From the NCBI GenBank assembly GCA_030390025.1, contig CM059433.1:23810001-23874000 (forward strand): a DNA stretch of 64,000 nucleotides, read 5' to 3'. Shown one piece after another: positions 12,121 to 25,620 of the stretch (the stretch's first letter is position 1; each line of letters begins with the position of its first letter). Under the pieces are notes generated by a model. The model saw nothing but the letters and a program-made list of their open reading frames with translations. It was not told the DNA's origin and searched no databases. The translations under genes were made by a program, and so were the position numbers. Origin of the DNA: Squalus acanthias. Taxonomy: Eukaryota.

Positions 12121-13064
12121 ACAATGTTTATGACTTCAGAAGTCAAAGATCCCCTCATCACAACATAACCTTTATTTGAATGCGCATTCTGCATGGCTCT
12201 CAAAAGACAGTACTGCACCTTAAAAGAGAACTTACCTATTTAACTCTGGTCTGGTTTAACGTGCTATAAAAAATACACTGCCAGTTACCCTGTTTGACAA
12301 GATCAGCAGCCTGCAGATAATTGTATTAAAACCCTCCTTTATATATCGTTAAATACTGATTTAAAATCTATTTTTTGTGTTTACAATATTTTTCAATGCT
12401 TAAAAGGAAGACAGACGATATCACCAGAGCAGCCCATCAACAAGGGAGACCTGGCTCTCCATGCTCATAATAAAGTTAACAGGTTTTCTGAAAATATATT
12501 TGAGCACTTCCCCACTTTAAAAAGTGTGACAAAGAAATAACCAAACATTACCTCATTGTATTCCTTTAAAAAGATTGATTCTTAAATAAAATTGAAAATG
12601 TGATCAAATTGGTTGTCAAGTGTTAAAAATTAACCATGCATTTTTAGATTCTAAATTTAAATACCAACACTAAACCATATGCTAAACTATTTAATGGTGA
12701 TGATACAAAATGTGCAAGATTCATAACTACCAAAAAAAAATCTGCAGTTATAAGAGGTAATTTCACAATCCCATGCTCCCACTGGGGAGCAGCACTCGCG
12801 GTGAGTGCAGGTTAACAGAATTACCCTAGAATGTATACATTAAGTTTCATGCTTTGGATCAGGAGTCTCACATATGGTATATAAATACAGTGCAAATGTG
12901 ATAAGATCACATTGTGAGAACAGAATAAAATATTCTAAAATAATGGATGATCTGATCAGTTTTGTCTCTTGCACCAAATGGATAAAGATAAATATATGAT
13001 GCTAACCAATACTTTCACTACCACACAATATTGTTATTCTTGTATTAAATACAAGAACTCTTAC

Positions 13065-13370
13065 TTGACACATTTTGATGTTTATTGAAGGTAGAATATT
13101 TTGATGGAGTTTCTCTTGTCCACTTCGGTTTCCTCTTTCAAGTGAACCAGGTGCTGGACTGGTTTGTTGTGCACACATTTGGTGCTGAGGGGGCGTAATC
13201 TGTTGAAATGGCCTTGAAGGTGGATGAGGATGATGCAGAGGTGGGGGCTGAGGTGGAGGTACAGGCTTCAACTGATGAACTGGATGCTTGTATTGTTGCT
13301 TTCCTTGTTCTTGCAGTTGCTGAGGAGTTCCCAGAGCTTGACCAACATGAAAATAGGGATACCGTAGTGC
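13065..13370 (-). CDS. CILK1: CILK1 coding exon 8: ALRYPYFHVGQ followed by a Pro/Gln/His-rich segment ending ILPSINIKMCQ
   Basis: 306 nt, phase 0-0, tag|...|gtaaga; ALRYPYF ends the kinase domain; overlaps ORF 13002-13271. Confidence 0.88.
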
Positions 13371-14629
13371 CTACAAATACAATGGATAACAAAAGGTAAT
13401 TCTGAAGCGCAAAATACGTCAGAGGTGCCTTCTCACCGCTCCTAGATGACGATGGGTAAACTATGCATCATCTCAAACTAGAAAGGTAGCATATTAAATC
13501 GCTGGTCAACACTGAGTTAGCTGATCTGAGCAGAGAGAGAGGGACATATTCAGGCACGCTGCAAGAGGGTCACTGTTCCTGGGTGTGGAGTGCTCCATTC
13601 TCAACTTCTACCTAGTTGGAACTGCATATCAGATGAAGGATTTGGCTGGGATGGTCCTTCTACTTGAATAGTCTAGTGATGCCCAGTTTCTGAGCTCAAA
13701 GAATAGACATGGTGAGGCATTGAAGGGATGTCCCTGTCTGTGGAACCATGACTAGTACATCTCTCTTTCAGGACAGAAAATCGAACAGAAGTCAGATTAG
13801 TCGAGCTCCTGAGCATTGCACCTGGGGAGCAGTATAATGTTAAACTGTCTTATTTCAATATTCCAAAATAAATTCTTAAATCAGTGGACGAGAGAACCTC
13901 CTACGAAAAGGATGTGTGTACCAAAAAGAAACCGAATAAGTAGTGGAGAGTTTAATTACAGTGAAATGTGTCATTTCTTTGTCAATATACAACCTCAACA
14001 GGAAAACTCAAGCTTGACAGGAAAATATACCAAATGCGTTACCATTTACTCACTCACTCCCCTAGCAAGAGATTAGTATTGAGCATTTCAGAACACCAGC
14101 TACACACTGAGCAGCATCAGCAATCAGCACTAATCACATTCAAAAATACACAGGAGGCAAAAAATAAATATATTCCACATACTGGCTGACAAAAGTTAAG
14201 CCAGCAGCAGTGAAAATATTGATTTTTAAATTGGGGCGCAGACAGCAATTAGATTGGTGGCATAAATATTTGTTATACCAGTAGAACAGGCCACACCAAT
14301 CAATTAATCTTCAAGCAAGGGTATATAAAATACTTTTTTTTGGAACCACCAAAATAGACAGGGAAAATATTGATTTTTGAATCGGGTTGAGCGGCCAGCA
14401 GTTGCAATGGTGTATGCACAGTGTACAGTGGGAGAATATCAAGACAAGGAGACAGCAAGATATAAACTGCCATCAAAATAAAGACAATAAAAATTGATTT
14501 ACAGGCTCTTTTGTCTTTTTTTTTTAAATGGCACTACAGTGGCAGCATGTTTGATATTCTTCTCCTATAGAAAATGCAGGAGAACACAAATCAGCAAAAT
14601 GTTAATTCACATCATAAAAATTTGAGGTA

Positions 14630-15310
14630 ATACATTTTTGAAGGAGGAGGAAAGGAAATACACCTTAATTGGAGTATAGAGACAGTGTGCAAATACAGAG
14701 GCTATTAAAGGTGGCAGCACAGGTAGAAGAAGCCATACAAAAATGCAAAGAGAATTTTGAGTTTTGTATCTAGAGGCATAGAATACAAAAGCAAGGATTT
14801 GATGCTGAGCTTGAACAGGGCCTCAATTAGGCTGCAGTTGAAGTAATGCATGCAGTTTTGGGCACACTGTTACTAGAAGGCTGTAAAGCAATGGAAAAGG
14901 TGAGGCTTAGATTCATTAGAATGTTACCAGTGTTGCAAGGTTCCAATTATAAGAGAGACTTGAGAAGTTGAGGCTTTTATCATTAGAAGTGACAAGGTTA
15001 AGGAGCAATCAGATTTGAGGTCTTCAAGAACATGAAGGGTTACAATGAGGTAAACAGTGATGGATTGCTTCAAGTGGTCAGCAGAATGGTAATGGGACGG
15101 CACACAGTTAAAGTTGACCAGAAAGAGAATCACAGGGTAGGTTAGGAAAAAATCCTTTTAGGCAAAAGGTGGTTAGAACATGGAATTCTCTGCCACAAAC
15201 CGTTGCTGAACAGGGTCCATAAATTCTTTAAAATGGAGTTAATCGCTTGAAAAAGAGGAATATTAAAAGGTTAAGGGGAGCAAGCAGGACAGTGGGATTA
15301 AACTAGATAG
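14630..15310 (+). mobile_element. Decayed CR1 LINE 3' fragment
   Basis: Diverged similarity to the other CR1 ORF2 ends in this window. Confidence 0.7.
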
Positions 15311-15326
15311 TTCGGAGAAAAATAGC

Positions 15327-15740
15327 AGCCCGTAATTTGCGGTCAGCGACGAAGCAAAGGCATTCGCTGCTGGCCCCGAAGAAAGCTGCCTACAGAGATC
15401 TTGCGATCTGAGCGAGAAGTTCGCATTTTTCAGCGTGCAATTGATTTCAGCGCTCTGTCGTGGGAATCCCTAGGGCAATGCTGCTGCGACGTCAACAAGC
15501 TGTCTAAGCAACCAATCACATTGCAGAATTCTCAAACAGGAAACCAGGAAAGGAGAAGATGCTTTTACCCAGGGGGGGTGGTCCACACCGCAGCCAGTGT
15601 TGGAGCAGTGACTAACCGCAACATTAGGATTTCAGCATTTAGAAGCGCATGCGCTGCATCCTGAGGTTGGTCAGTTTCAAAGGGGCAATAATGGTGAATG
15701 CTGTTAGTTCGCCATTATTACCCACCACAAATTCCGGCCC
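15327..15740. mobile_element. Short Harbinger-like MITE
   Basis: Imperfect TIRs gcccgtaatttgcggt / accacaaattccggccc; internal blocks shared with the 48094 family. Confidence 0.55.
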
Positions 15741-15799
15741 ATTTTCTATGCTTAATACTCAGATGTAGATTTTCATTTTTTTCCACCTAGGCATGAAGC

Positions 15800-16590
15800 A
15801 TAGAATTATGTAGAATGTACAGCACAAAAACAGGCAATTCGGCCCAACTGGTATATGCCTCCTCCCATCCTACTTCATCTAACCCCATCAGCATAACCTT
15901 TTATTCCTTTCTCCCTCATGTGTTTATCTAGCTTCCCCTTAAATGCATCTATGCTGTTTGCCTCAATTACTCCTTGTGGTCGCAAGTTCCACATTCTTAT
16001 CACTCCTGGGGTAAAAAAGTTTCTCCTGAATTCCTTTTTGGATTTATTGGTGACCATTTTATATTTTTGGCCCCTGGTTTCAGTCACCCCCACAAGTGGA
16101 AGCATCTCTATGTCTACCCTATCAAATCCCTTCATAACTTTAAAGACCTCCATTAGGTTACCCCTCAGCCTTCTCTTTAGAGAAGAGCCCCAGCCTGTTC
16201 AGCCTTTCGGGATAAGTATATCCTCTCAGTTCCGGTATCATCCTTGTGAATCTTTATTGCACCTTCTCCAGTGCCTCTATATCCTTTTTATAATATGGAG
16301 ACCAGAACTGTGCACAGTAGTGGTCTAACTAAGGTTCAATACAAGTTTAACATCTTGGCTTTTCAATTTTATCCCTCCAGAAATGAACCCCAGTGCTTGG
16401 TTTTCTATTTTTTTTTTTAAATGGCCTTATTAACCTGCTTCGCTACTTTTAGCGATTTGCATATCTGCAACCCTAGATCCCTGGGCTCCTCCACCCCATT
16501 AGACTCTTATTTTCAAGTAGTATTGGTCGCATTCTTCCTACCAAAATGTTGTACCTCATATTTGTCTACATTGAAGTTCATTTGTCAATT
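15800..16590 (-). mobile_element. CR1 LINE 3' fragment
   Basis: ORF 15875-16153 matches the CR1 ORF2 C-terminus. Confidence 0.88.
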
Positions 16591-16726
16591 ACTGAGGAAA
16601 ATCTGGTGGGTGGATCACATTCCTATTACAGAACCTGCCTGATTTTTCTTCCATTAATTTACCAGCATACAACCTTCACACCCAGGGAGAACAGATGAAA
16701 ATCTACACTTATAATTTTACCATAAT

Positions 16727-17020
16727 GGGCAACACGGTGGCATAGTGGTTAGCACTGTTGCCTCACAGCGCCAGGGACCTGGGTTTGAATCCGGCCTCGG
16801 GTGACTGTCTGTGTGGAGTTTGCACATTCTCCCAGTGTCTGCGTGGGTTTCCTCCCACAGTCCAAAGATGTGCGGGTTAGGTTGATTTGGCTATGATAAA
16901 TTGACCCTTAGTGTTATGGGGATTAAATACGTGGGGTTACGGGGATAGGGTGGGATATGTGTCGGTGCAGGCTCGATGGGCCGAAATGGCCTCTATCTGC
17001 ACTGTGGGGATTCTGTGATA
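16727..17020 (+). mobile_element. tRNA-derived V-SINE (HE1-like)
   Basis: Pol III A and B boxes, V-domain tctgtgtggagtttgcacattctcc..., and a CR1-like tail. Confidence 0.8.
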
Positions 17021-17204
17021 AACTGGACAAATTGGATATAGCTTTGAAAGAGCCGGCACAATGGGCTGAAAGGCCCGCTTCAGTGCTGTAAGATTCTATG
17101 ATGTGATTTTACCACTGCAAGTCAATTGCAGGTTTCACCAATTTTATACTAACAGCAGTACATTAAGAACAGGTCACTTGTGAGCAGTTATCGTAAAAAC
17201 GCAC

Positions 17205-17372
17205 CTGGCTTGGAGTTGGTCGCTTCTTTGGGTCCCACTGGAGCATATCTCTCATGAGTTGAATAGCTTCACCACTTGCATTGGGAATCAGAGTCTTGAG
17301 GTTATTGGGGACACATTGAGGCCAGCGGAAGCTCATGGCAGCTGCAAGCTGATAGCCTTCTGACCAATTATT
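17205..17372 (-). CDS. CILK1: CILK1 coding exon 7: [56 protein letters not shown]
   Basis: 168 nt, tag|...|gtgcgt. RWPQCVPNN and RDMLQWDP match ICK rather than MAK (RFPQCVPIN, EMLNWDP). Confidence 0.92.
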
Positions 17373-17559
17373 CTAAGGGATGTCAATTATAAAGTTGTCT
17401 GATACAAGTAAAAGTAGGATAATTCACACAATCATTGTCAGAGCAAAACAAGTTGTTTGGACAATCCAAGTTGCAGTTCTCTTATTCCCTAAGTATATCT
17501 GCCACATTCAGAAAACTAGGTTCAAAATACATTTTTAAAGTACTCTTAACATACAGAAA

Positions 17560-18130
17560 TTGTGTGAGTGGGGCAAAGCATGGTCTAAGATGAGGGTTTC
17601 TGGGAGGTGGGGAGGGGCAGCAGCAGATGTGGCAATGTGAACAGGCTTAAGGATTGCATTCCACAGGACAGAGGCATAGTGGCTGAAAGATTATTCACTG
17701 ATGGTGAAGCAATGGGTGCAAAGAACAAGCAGTAAACCAACGCTGGAGGAGTGGAGGGTACATTTGGGAACGTGCAGCTGGAGTTGCTGAGGTAAGGTGG
17801 GAAGCTGGGGTGAAGTCATGGACAGATATGAAAGTGAGCAGCATCTTAAAGTTGATTAGGTAAGGAAAAAAGGAACCAGTTGAGATAAATTAGGATGAGT
17901 AAGGGATTTTGTGTGGGCAAGGATGCAGGCGACAGTGTTCTGAATAAGCCTGACGAGAAGAGCAGTGGAAAAATTGTGCATCTCGGTAATAAGGGAGCGG
18001 ATTAGTGTTTTGGCAGTAGCGAGAGGGGCTGTCAGAGTGGGTGCAGGTGGTGTGATGCAGGTGGAACGCAAGTGGTCTTGGTAATGGAATGGATGTGGGG
18101 AAGGAAGCCTAGTTCAGGGTTGAGCAGTGT
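17560..18130 (-). mobile_element. Highly decayed L2-type LINE fragment
   Basis: Remnant LIQNTVACILAHTKS resembles the L2 ORF2 C-terminus. Confidence 0.55.
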
Positions 18131-18509
18131 GCCAGAAGAGAATGGCTGCTGATAAATACCTCGGTGCAACACTTACAATACCCATGACAAATTGTTTGCA
18201 ATAGATACGAGATCAGTCTATTTCCCTTTTCTTTATGGGACATAAAATATATTACAATTTTAAGTAAAAATCATAAACACGTAAAAACAGCAAGATGGTA
18301 TTGGCATTAAAAAGAAACCTATGGAACACCACACTTCTCCAAGTCTTCCCTTTCCCCTAATATACAGGCTTCTAAAATTCAAGCTTGACATCAGCTAAAC
18401 ATTATTTCTCTATCTACTCTTTACATCAATGGCAATGGTGTGTACATCAAAATTCACCGAGACTACTCAATTAAAAAAAAGGGGCAACCACTTTGATAAT
18501 GTTTCATAC

Positions 18510-18681
18510 CTTTTTAGGTGTTCCTAAAACCTGACAAATTTTGAAAATCTCATCTATTTCACTGGAACCAGGAAAGAGAGGTCTTAATGTGTAGAGTTCT
18601 GCCATAATACAACCAACAGCCCAAATGTCAATAGGAGAACTATAATTTGTTGATCGCAGAAGAACTTCAGGGGCTCTATAC
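18510..18681 (-). CDS. CILK1: CILK1 coding exon 6: [57 protein letters not shown]
   Basis: 172 nt, within ORF 18504-18818; APE motif; STNY, GCIM and YTL are ICK-type residues. Confidence 0.93.
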
Positions 18682-19429
18682 CTGTAACAAAAAAGGATAA
18701 AAATTTGTGCAGGAGGATATAAAATGTTGCAATGATCAATAAGATTTGCTCCTTCTGAAAAGAAAGTCAAATTCATAGGACTTTTTGGCTTTAGCTGAAT
18801 GAAATGGACTAGCTCCACCTGCTGGTTAAACCAAGGCCATTATTCATGCACTTCTCTGACCTTCATGACACAATCCTTCTTGGTCAGTTTTAGAGCACTC
18901 TATAGACTCCATCATACATAGAATATAAACAAAACAGCTCCACAGTGTGTGAAGGAACCTTTCAAAAAGCAGAAAAATTCCAAGGGTTCTTTAAATTACT
19001 GATTTTTTTTAAACCAATAAGCGAGTCCTTCCAGCTTGGGATTTACCCTTAGGAGGATCTTTATCTTTCTTGTTTGTGACTTAATGCAACAGAGTCTATA
19101 TTCAAAACTTAAAAACTTAGGCAGGAACCCTGGTAAGGTTACATCACTCTCCTTGTGACACTGTACAGTTTGTGCAACTCTCTGCAATTCTAATTTTTCT
19201 TTTAGAACAGTAAAAATTGAAGTTTCAGGCTAGAAGGCTTAAAACTATTGTAGCCCAGCAAGAATGAACTTGCATTCATACAGCACCTTTCCCATCCTCA
19301 GGATGTGCCAAAACACTTCACAGCCACTCAATTTATTTTTGCAATGCAATTAGGGTTGTGCAGGGAAAAGATTGCCAATGAATTCCATTTATTCCTCCTA
19401 CACTTCATGGCGCACTGGTATGGCAGCTA

Positions 19430-20990
19430 TTCTAACACTTTTTCTTCCCACAGATCAATCAAGCCACCGGGAGGCAGTCACTGTGGAGGAGCAGCGGGAC
19501 AAGGAGGAGGAAGGGGTGCGGGGGGAAATCAGCTTCAGGAGGAGCTGGTGAATGCAGACCCAGACTTTCGTCATTACAACTTGTCCCCAGTCAGCTGCTA
19601 GATGAGGGGGGCAATGGAAAGCCAGAGCCGCACACCTCCCTTCTTTCCTGGGAGTGCACCCTCTTCCCCACCACACCTTCACGCCACCCCCAAGCAGAGT
19701 CAGTCACCCGGCTCTCCTCAACCAGGTACCAGCGAGGGCACACTCCACTGGGGCAAGCAAGTGACTCAAGCCCGGTGAGCGTCAGGGAACGTGGAGACTT
19801 TGAAGAAATGGAGGATGACCCCACCTCTTCGTCGAGATCAGCTAGAAGAAGGTGGCCAGAGACGGGTGAGGTATGGCCTCCAGGTCTGCTGTAATGCAGA
19901 GCACCAACATCGTGCAGGCAATGTTCACTAAAGGTTAATGTCCAATAAAGGTTTATCATTGTAAATAGTTGTTCAAGTTTCTAAAAAGAGTTTATTACAA
20001 TTAAACTGTTTCTCAGGGTCTAGTTAACTTTTTAGAGCTCCGCTAGTATTTGTTCAAATGTCGAAGTAGTTTTACTTTCTCAGGAAGCATTTGAAGTTAT
20101 TTGTAAATATCTGCATTTAAAGTTCACTGATCACATGAAACTTTAAAAAAAACAATCCAATCTTTGATGTTAGAGCCATGACTGACTCTACAGCCGCTGT
20201 GGGGGCTCATTAGGTAAAAGCCTGCACCACAAGCTGCCCTCTTGAAGTGATGCCTCCTATGAATTTGCCAGCTCCCTTGGCTCCAGCAGGCCAGGATCCT
20301 CTGCTTTGATTGGCTCCTCCCTCGCTATGTCATGGTCCAGACCTTCCATCATTACCGCGCAGGGCACAGCACACAACTACCCTCTCTGGGAAGTATTGGA
20401 AGACACCCCCATATCAGTCCAAGCACCTGAAGCAGCCCTTCAGCACCCCGATGCTCCTTGCAGCCACCTGCCTGGTGAACACATGTACTTGGTTGTATCT
20501 CATCAGCTTCAGTCCATGGGATGCGAAAAGGCATCATCAGCAAGGGATAAGCACAGAGGATCTATCCTTCTACTTGCCCAGGTTGCGGAGGACAAATACT
20601 ATGACCCAGTTGTGCACAATGAATGCATCATGACAGGCCCTCGTGTGCTGTGCGTTCACGTTCAAGATGTGTAGCCAGGTTTCGCAGTCCACCTGAACGT
20701 TGAGGGAGTGGTAGCCCTATCTTTATGGGTTCTGATGGAAGCCTTCAGTATGATGCATGTTCTATCGATCGCTCTGCGCTGTGGAAGCCAGCAATATTGT
20801 AGAAACTAATTGCCCTCTACCTTTGCTCTACCACTGACATACCAAATCTGATGAAATCCCCAGCCCTACGAACAGGATGTCAATTACCTGTCGAATACAG
20901 ACCCTCATTGCCCCTTGACTAATCCTGCACAGGTCCCCCATGGATACCTGGAAGGATCCAGACCCATAAAAGTAGAGGGCCGGGGTGAGC
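19430..20990 (-). mobile_element. PIF/Harbinger autonomous element remnant: transposase pseudogene on minus (~20250-20990) and a probable second-gene 3' end on plus
   Basis: Motifs FYGSGSFQVSMGDLCRISQ, AIDRTCI, GYHSLNVQVDCE..CHDAFI and IGVLKGCFRCLD are HARBI1-like; convergent AATAAA signals at 19944 (+) and 19991-19996 (-). Confidence 0.8.
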
Positions 20991-21376
20991 TGAAGTGCTT
21001 AATATTTTTTTTATTGCTTTCTTAATTTTGTAGTCTGCCAATATTACAGGGAATAAAGCTACTCAAATATTTGTTTCAGCATCAGTAAACTTTGTCATTT
21101 CCTTGAACCTACTAAAAGTGCAAAGGTTAAAATGAAAGCAGTGGTCAGCAACCTAAAACAAACATCATCCATAAAAAACCCAGTATGATTTGTTCACATG
21201 GGAGGTGGTTAGCAATATTCTGTTTATGTTGCATAAACCATTGCTCCCATATGTAAACAAGTTGCATTTCACCATTTGTGAAAATATTTTTTTCCCCCCG
21301 ATTTCAATTTATCAGGTCACAATTATTTAACAGCAGGGACTGAAATGCCTCTCTACTCTTCCCTCAGTTTTATCAT

Positions 21377-22172
21377 TTCTAATTCACATTTACAATAGCC
21401 AAGTGGCTTTACATCAGTTAAAGGCATGCCAAGGGCAGCTGCGAAATCCTGCACAAGCAGGGAATAAAAATTGTACTTCACAGCTAGAGTGGCATCCTGT
21501 TTGGAGGTGATGGCGTTCCCGTGCGTCCTAGAAGGATAAGGACAGCAGGCGCATGGGAACACCACCATCTCCAAGGTCCCCTCCAAGTTACACACCATCC
21601 TAACGTGGAAATATATCGCTGTTCCTTCATCGTCGCTGGGTCAAAATCCTGGAACTCCCACCCTAATTGCACTGGGGGAGTACCTACACCACACAGACTG
21701 CAGCGGTTCAAAAAGGCGGCTCACCACCACCTTCTCAGGGCAATTAGGGATGGGCAACAAATGCTGGCCTTGCCAGCGACGCCCACATCCCAGGAACAAA
21801 TTAAAAAAAAACTGAAGTACAACAGAATTATATTTTTTAGTTTGTGTTGAGTTATGCAACTAAAAAAAAAGTGCCAACTAACAAGTTCTGGAAAATCAAA
21901 CTGTGGTTGCAGCAAAGGCAATCCAGAGAATTTACCATTTACTCATGCTTAAACCTGGTCAGCCACCTTTGGAAATTAGAATCAGCTTCCATGACATCCA
22001 TACCCATTAAATTTTTAAAAAATTAACTTAAAAAAGTGTGTTGGAAAACAGGATGCCACATTCAGCTGTGAAGTACAATTTTTATTCCCTGCTTGTGCAG
22101 GATTTCGCAGCTGTCCTTGGCATGTCTTTAACTGATGTAAAGCCACTTGGCTATTGTAAATGCGAATTAGAA
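21377..22172. repeat. Inverted duplication, arms 21377-21502 and 22046-22172
   Basis: Direct comparison shows about 126 bp with 3 isolated substitutions and one short divergent patch; no other copy seen in the window. Confidence 0.95.
21527..21811 (+). mobile_element. LINE 3' tail with poly(A); similar copy at ~28860-29135
   Basis: Matches the 3' end of the LINE at 6192-7165; A-run at 21803-21811. Confidence 0.8.
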
Positions 22173-22209
22173 GTGTTTCAGTTATTAGCAGCAGAAAGAG
22201 GCACTCTTA

Positions 22210-22389
<180 letters not shown>

Positions 22390-23173
22390 TTAGTTTCCAC
22401 CAGCAATATGAGATTCCCCCCACCCGACTTATTTTTCTCCCATTGCAGCCCATTTGTCACAACCACCCCTCCATTTCCTATGGCTGCTATCAAGTGCTCA
22501 ATCTACTTGACAAAATGTGTGATTCAAGAGGCCCAAGAGACACAACATAGGAACCTGCTACTTGATTTGGTAACCTTGTGTGTTTATCAGTGCAAACAAA
22601 ATAGAAAGAGAATGGAAATGTACCATTTTGGCAAGTTTCAAAAATCTAAATTAACCACACAAGAATTTCTTCTTTAAACTGTGGCAAGTTCAAACAAATT
22701 TGTAGCATAAAAAAAGTTGACAATGGCAGCTTTCTCCTATGTTGGCCATAACTTTACACACACCCCTACTTATGATGTATAACACCTCTTTGCAGGCTTG
22801 AAAAAGATGGAACTAGAAATGCACAAGTGCACTGTTTAAATTTTTTTTTTTTTAAAAAGCACAGGAATGTAGGCAGACACTTCAATGTTGTACTGAGGGA
22901 GTGCTGCACTGCTGGAGGTATCGGCTTTGGGATGGGACATTAAACGGAGGCCCCATCTGCCCTCTCAGGTGGACATAAAGATCGCATGGCACTATTTCAA
23001 AGAGGAGCAGGGGAGTTCACTAAAACAGATTATCTGGTCATTGTCACATTGCGGTTTGTGGGAACTTGCTGCGCGTAAATTGGCTAGTGCATTTCCTACA
23101 TTACAACAGTAACTACACTTCATTGGCTGTAAAGCGCTTTGGGATGTCCAGAGGTAGTGAACCACAAACACAA

Positions 23174-23920
23174 GGGGTGAAAAATTCGGTATTGACCATT
23201 TTGGGGCTCTAACATCGCCTGGGCGCTAATTTTAGCGCTGGCGACCGCGAAATTGAGTTTAACACCCCAAGAGAGTGGAGCGCTAAATCATGCGCTCCAC
23301 TTCCTTTTTAGGGCACTAACGTCGGAGTGCGAGGCGGAGACTTTCAGCAACGCAGCACACCGGGCCGTGTAGCGCTGCCGCATTCAAAGGCTCCTTCCCT
23401 CCCTTAAAAAGGGAAGGGCCACCGCTGCAGGCTCTGCAATTTAAAAAGTACCTACCTGGACCACCAAGGCAGCCGCGATCCCGCCCGATCAGCCTGGCAC
23501 TCAAGCAGAGTGCCGGGCTGAGCGATCGCAGGCAGGAACCTGCGAAAAAACCTGGAACAAGAAAGCTAAGTTTTTTTTTTTAAAACTTACCTCAGCCACC
23601 TCGCCTTTAATCATCGCCCCCGAAGCAGCCAGCCACCCGATGCACGCCTCCTGCAGCTGTCGGTGTTTTTGACCGGCGCTGCTGCAGGGGGCAGAAGTCA
23701 ATTCAGGTCCGGGGCACTACCGGGGCGATGCGCACGGCGATGACGTCACGATCTCTGGGTGAAGGAGATCAGGGCGCAACGCCGTAGCACCACCGCAAAA
23801 CTCCCGGCGAATATGGTGGGAGTCGATGTCAGCGCCGCGCCCAGTTGCAAAGCCATTTGTGTCCTGTTAGCGCCCCCTGGGGGCGCTAATGGGAGGCGCA
23901 AAGGCACCCAATTTCACCCC
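23174..23920. mobile_element. GC-rich Harbinger-like MITE with a 3-bp TSD, inserted in a SINE tail
   Basis: TIRs GGGGTGAAAAATT / AATTTCACCCC; TSD CAA at 23171-23173 and 23921-23923. Confidence 0.8.
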
Positions 23921-24014
23921 CAAGTTCTTTCCCTCTTTAGGAAGAAAAGCTGTGCCAGGGCAGTCCCAAGATATCTGTTGGGGCACAGAAGTTGGCAGAA
24001 TCTTTTATATTTAG

Positions 24015-24670
24015 TCAGGGCTCACGATGCAGTCTCCTCTACATTGGGCGATCAAAGCAGACTGGGTGACTGCTTTGCGGAACACCTCCGATCAGTCCAC
24101 AAGCGTGACCCCGAGCTTCCGGTTACCCATCACTTTAATTCTCCGCTCCACTCCCACTATGACCTCTCCGCCCTCGGCCTCTTACACTGTTCCAACGAAG
24201 CTCAAGGAACAGCACCTCCTCTTTCAATTAGGCACTTTACAACCTTCTGGACTCAACATCGAGTTCAACAATTTCAGACTATAACCTCTGCCCCTATTTT
24301 TTCCACATGGCAGCTGTTGATGTTTCTGCTATTTCCATTTACACCTCTTCGACTCATCTTTTGTTTCTTTACTTGTCCCATTACCATCTCCTTTTGCCTT
24401 GCACCATCACCCCTCGTCTTTTAATCTCTCCTGCCTTCCATCCCATCACAGACCTTCCCTTTTGTTCTTTCCTCCTCTCCCCCCTTTCTCTGCCTCTGTA
24501 CTTGCTTAAAATCTGTTACATCTCTAACTTTTTCCAGTTCTGAAGGGTCATCGACCTGAAAGGTTAACTCTGTTTCTCTCTCCACAGATGCTGCCTGACC
24601 TGCTGAGTATTTCCAGCATTTTGTGTTTTTATTTCAGATTTCCAGCATCCACGGTATTTTGCTTTTGTGT
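24015..24670 (+). mobile_element. Penelope-like retroelement 3' fragment (GIY-YIG endonuclease remnant plus terminal repeat)
   Basis: YIG..RLGDCFAEHLRSV..PVTHHFN..EQHLLFQLGTLQPSGLNIEF across frameshifts; degenerate hammerhead motif at ~24536-24570. Confidence 0.85.
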
Positions 24671-25063
24671 TCTTGTATATTTATTGTTGCCTCTATTTTT
24701 CTCTCTTCGGTGAAACTGGTGTGCAGTATGATCAGTTAAAGAAGTCATGAATCTCCTGAAGCCAAAAAGAACCCAACTTCTTTAGAAGGGATAAATGTGA
24801 AAATCTGCCAAGGAGATTGAGATAACAAGCTTATTTTATCAGGTGGGCAACAAACCTCATATCCTATGATAATTCCCTCCACATCCCTGACCACACTCTC
24901 ATGTTATACCAGACTGTTTGCAACCTCAACATCTGATTCAATCCCGAGCTGAGCAGTCAACCCCATACCCTCTCCATTATAAAGACTGCCTACTTCCACC
25001 TCCATAACATATTCTGCCTCCACCCATCATCTGCTGAAACCCTGATTCATGTCTGGATCACCG

Positions 25064-25620
25064 ACATAAGAAATAGGAGCAGGAGTAGGCCATTCGGCCC
25101 CTCAAGCCTGCTCCACCATTCAATAAGATCATGGCTGATCTGGTCGTGGCCTCAACTCCACTTTTCTGCCTGTTCCCCATAACCCTAGATTCCCCTGTAA
25201 TTCAAAAATCTCAGCCTTGAATATATTCAATGACCCAGCCTCCACAGCTCTCTGGGATAGAGAATTCCAAAGATTCACAACCCTCAAAGAAGAAATTCCT
25301 CATCTTCATCTTAAATGGGCGACCCCTTATTCTGAAAGTATGCCCCCTAGTTCTAGATTCCCCCACAAGGGGAAACATCCTCTCAGCATCTACCCTGTCC
25401 AACCCCCTCAGAATCTTATGTTTCAATAAGATCACCTCTCATTCTTCTAAATTCAATGAGTATAGGCCCAACCTGCTCAACCTTTCCTCACACAACAACC
25501 CCTTCATCCCAGGAATCAACCTAGTGAACCTTCTCTGAACTGCCTCCAATGTAAGTATATCCCTCCTTAAATAAGGAGACCAAAACTGTACACAGTACAC
25601 TAAAGGTGTGGTCTCACCAA
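25064..25620 (-). mobile_element. CR1 3' fragment nested in an L2 (24890-26120, +)
   Basis: ORF 25211-25435; acataagaaataggagcagg tail; L2 sequence resumes on both sides. Confidence 0.85.

Noticed and set aside
12230..12320. Cryptic exon ending at donor AATAG|gtaagt
   Set aside because: Candidate acceptors give stops or frameshifts; a poison exon is possible but unsupported.
16727..16800. tRNA gene
   Set aside because: The tRNA-like head continues into the V-SINE core and tail.
23174..23920. Intragenic CpG-island promoter
   Set aside because: The CpG richness is confined to a TIR- and TSD-bounded MITE.
23759..24424. Longest listed ORF (221 aa) as a novel gene
   Set aside because: Chance read-through across a MITE end, a spacer and a frameshifted Penelope GIY-YIG remnant.
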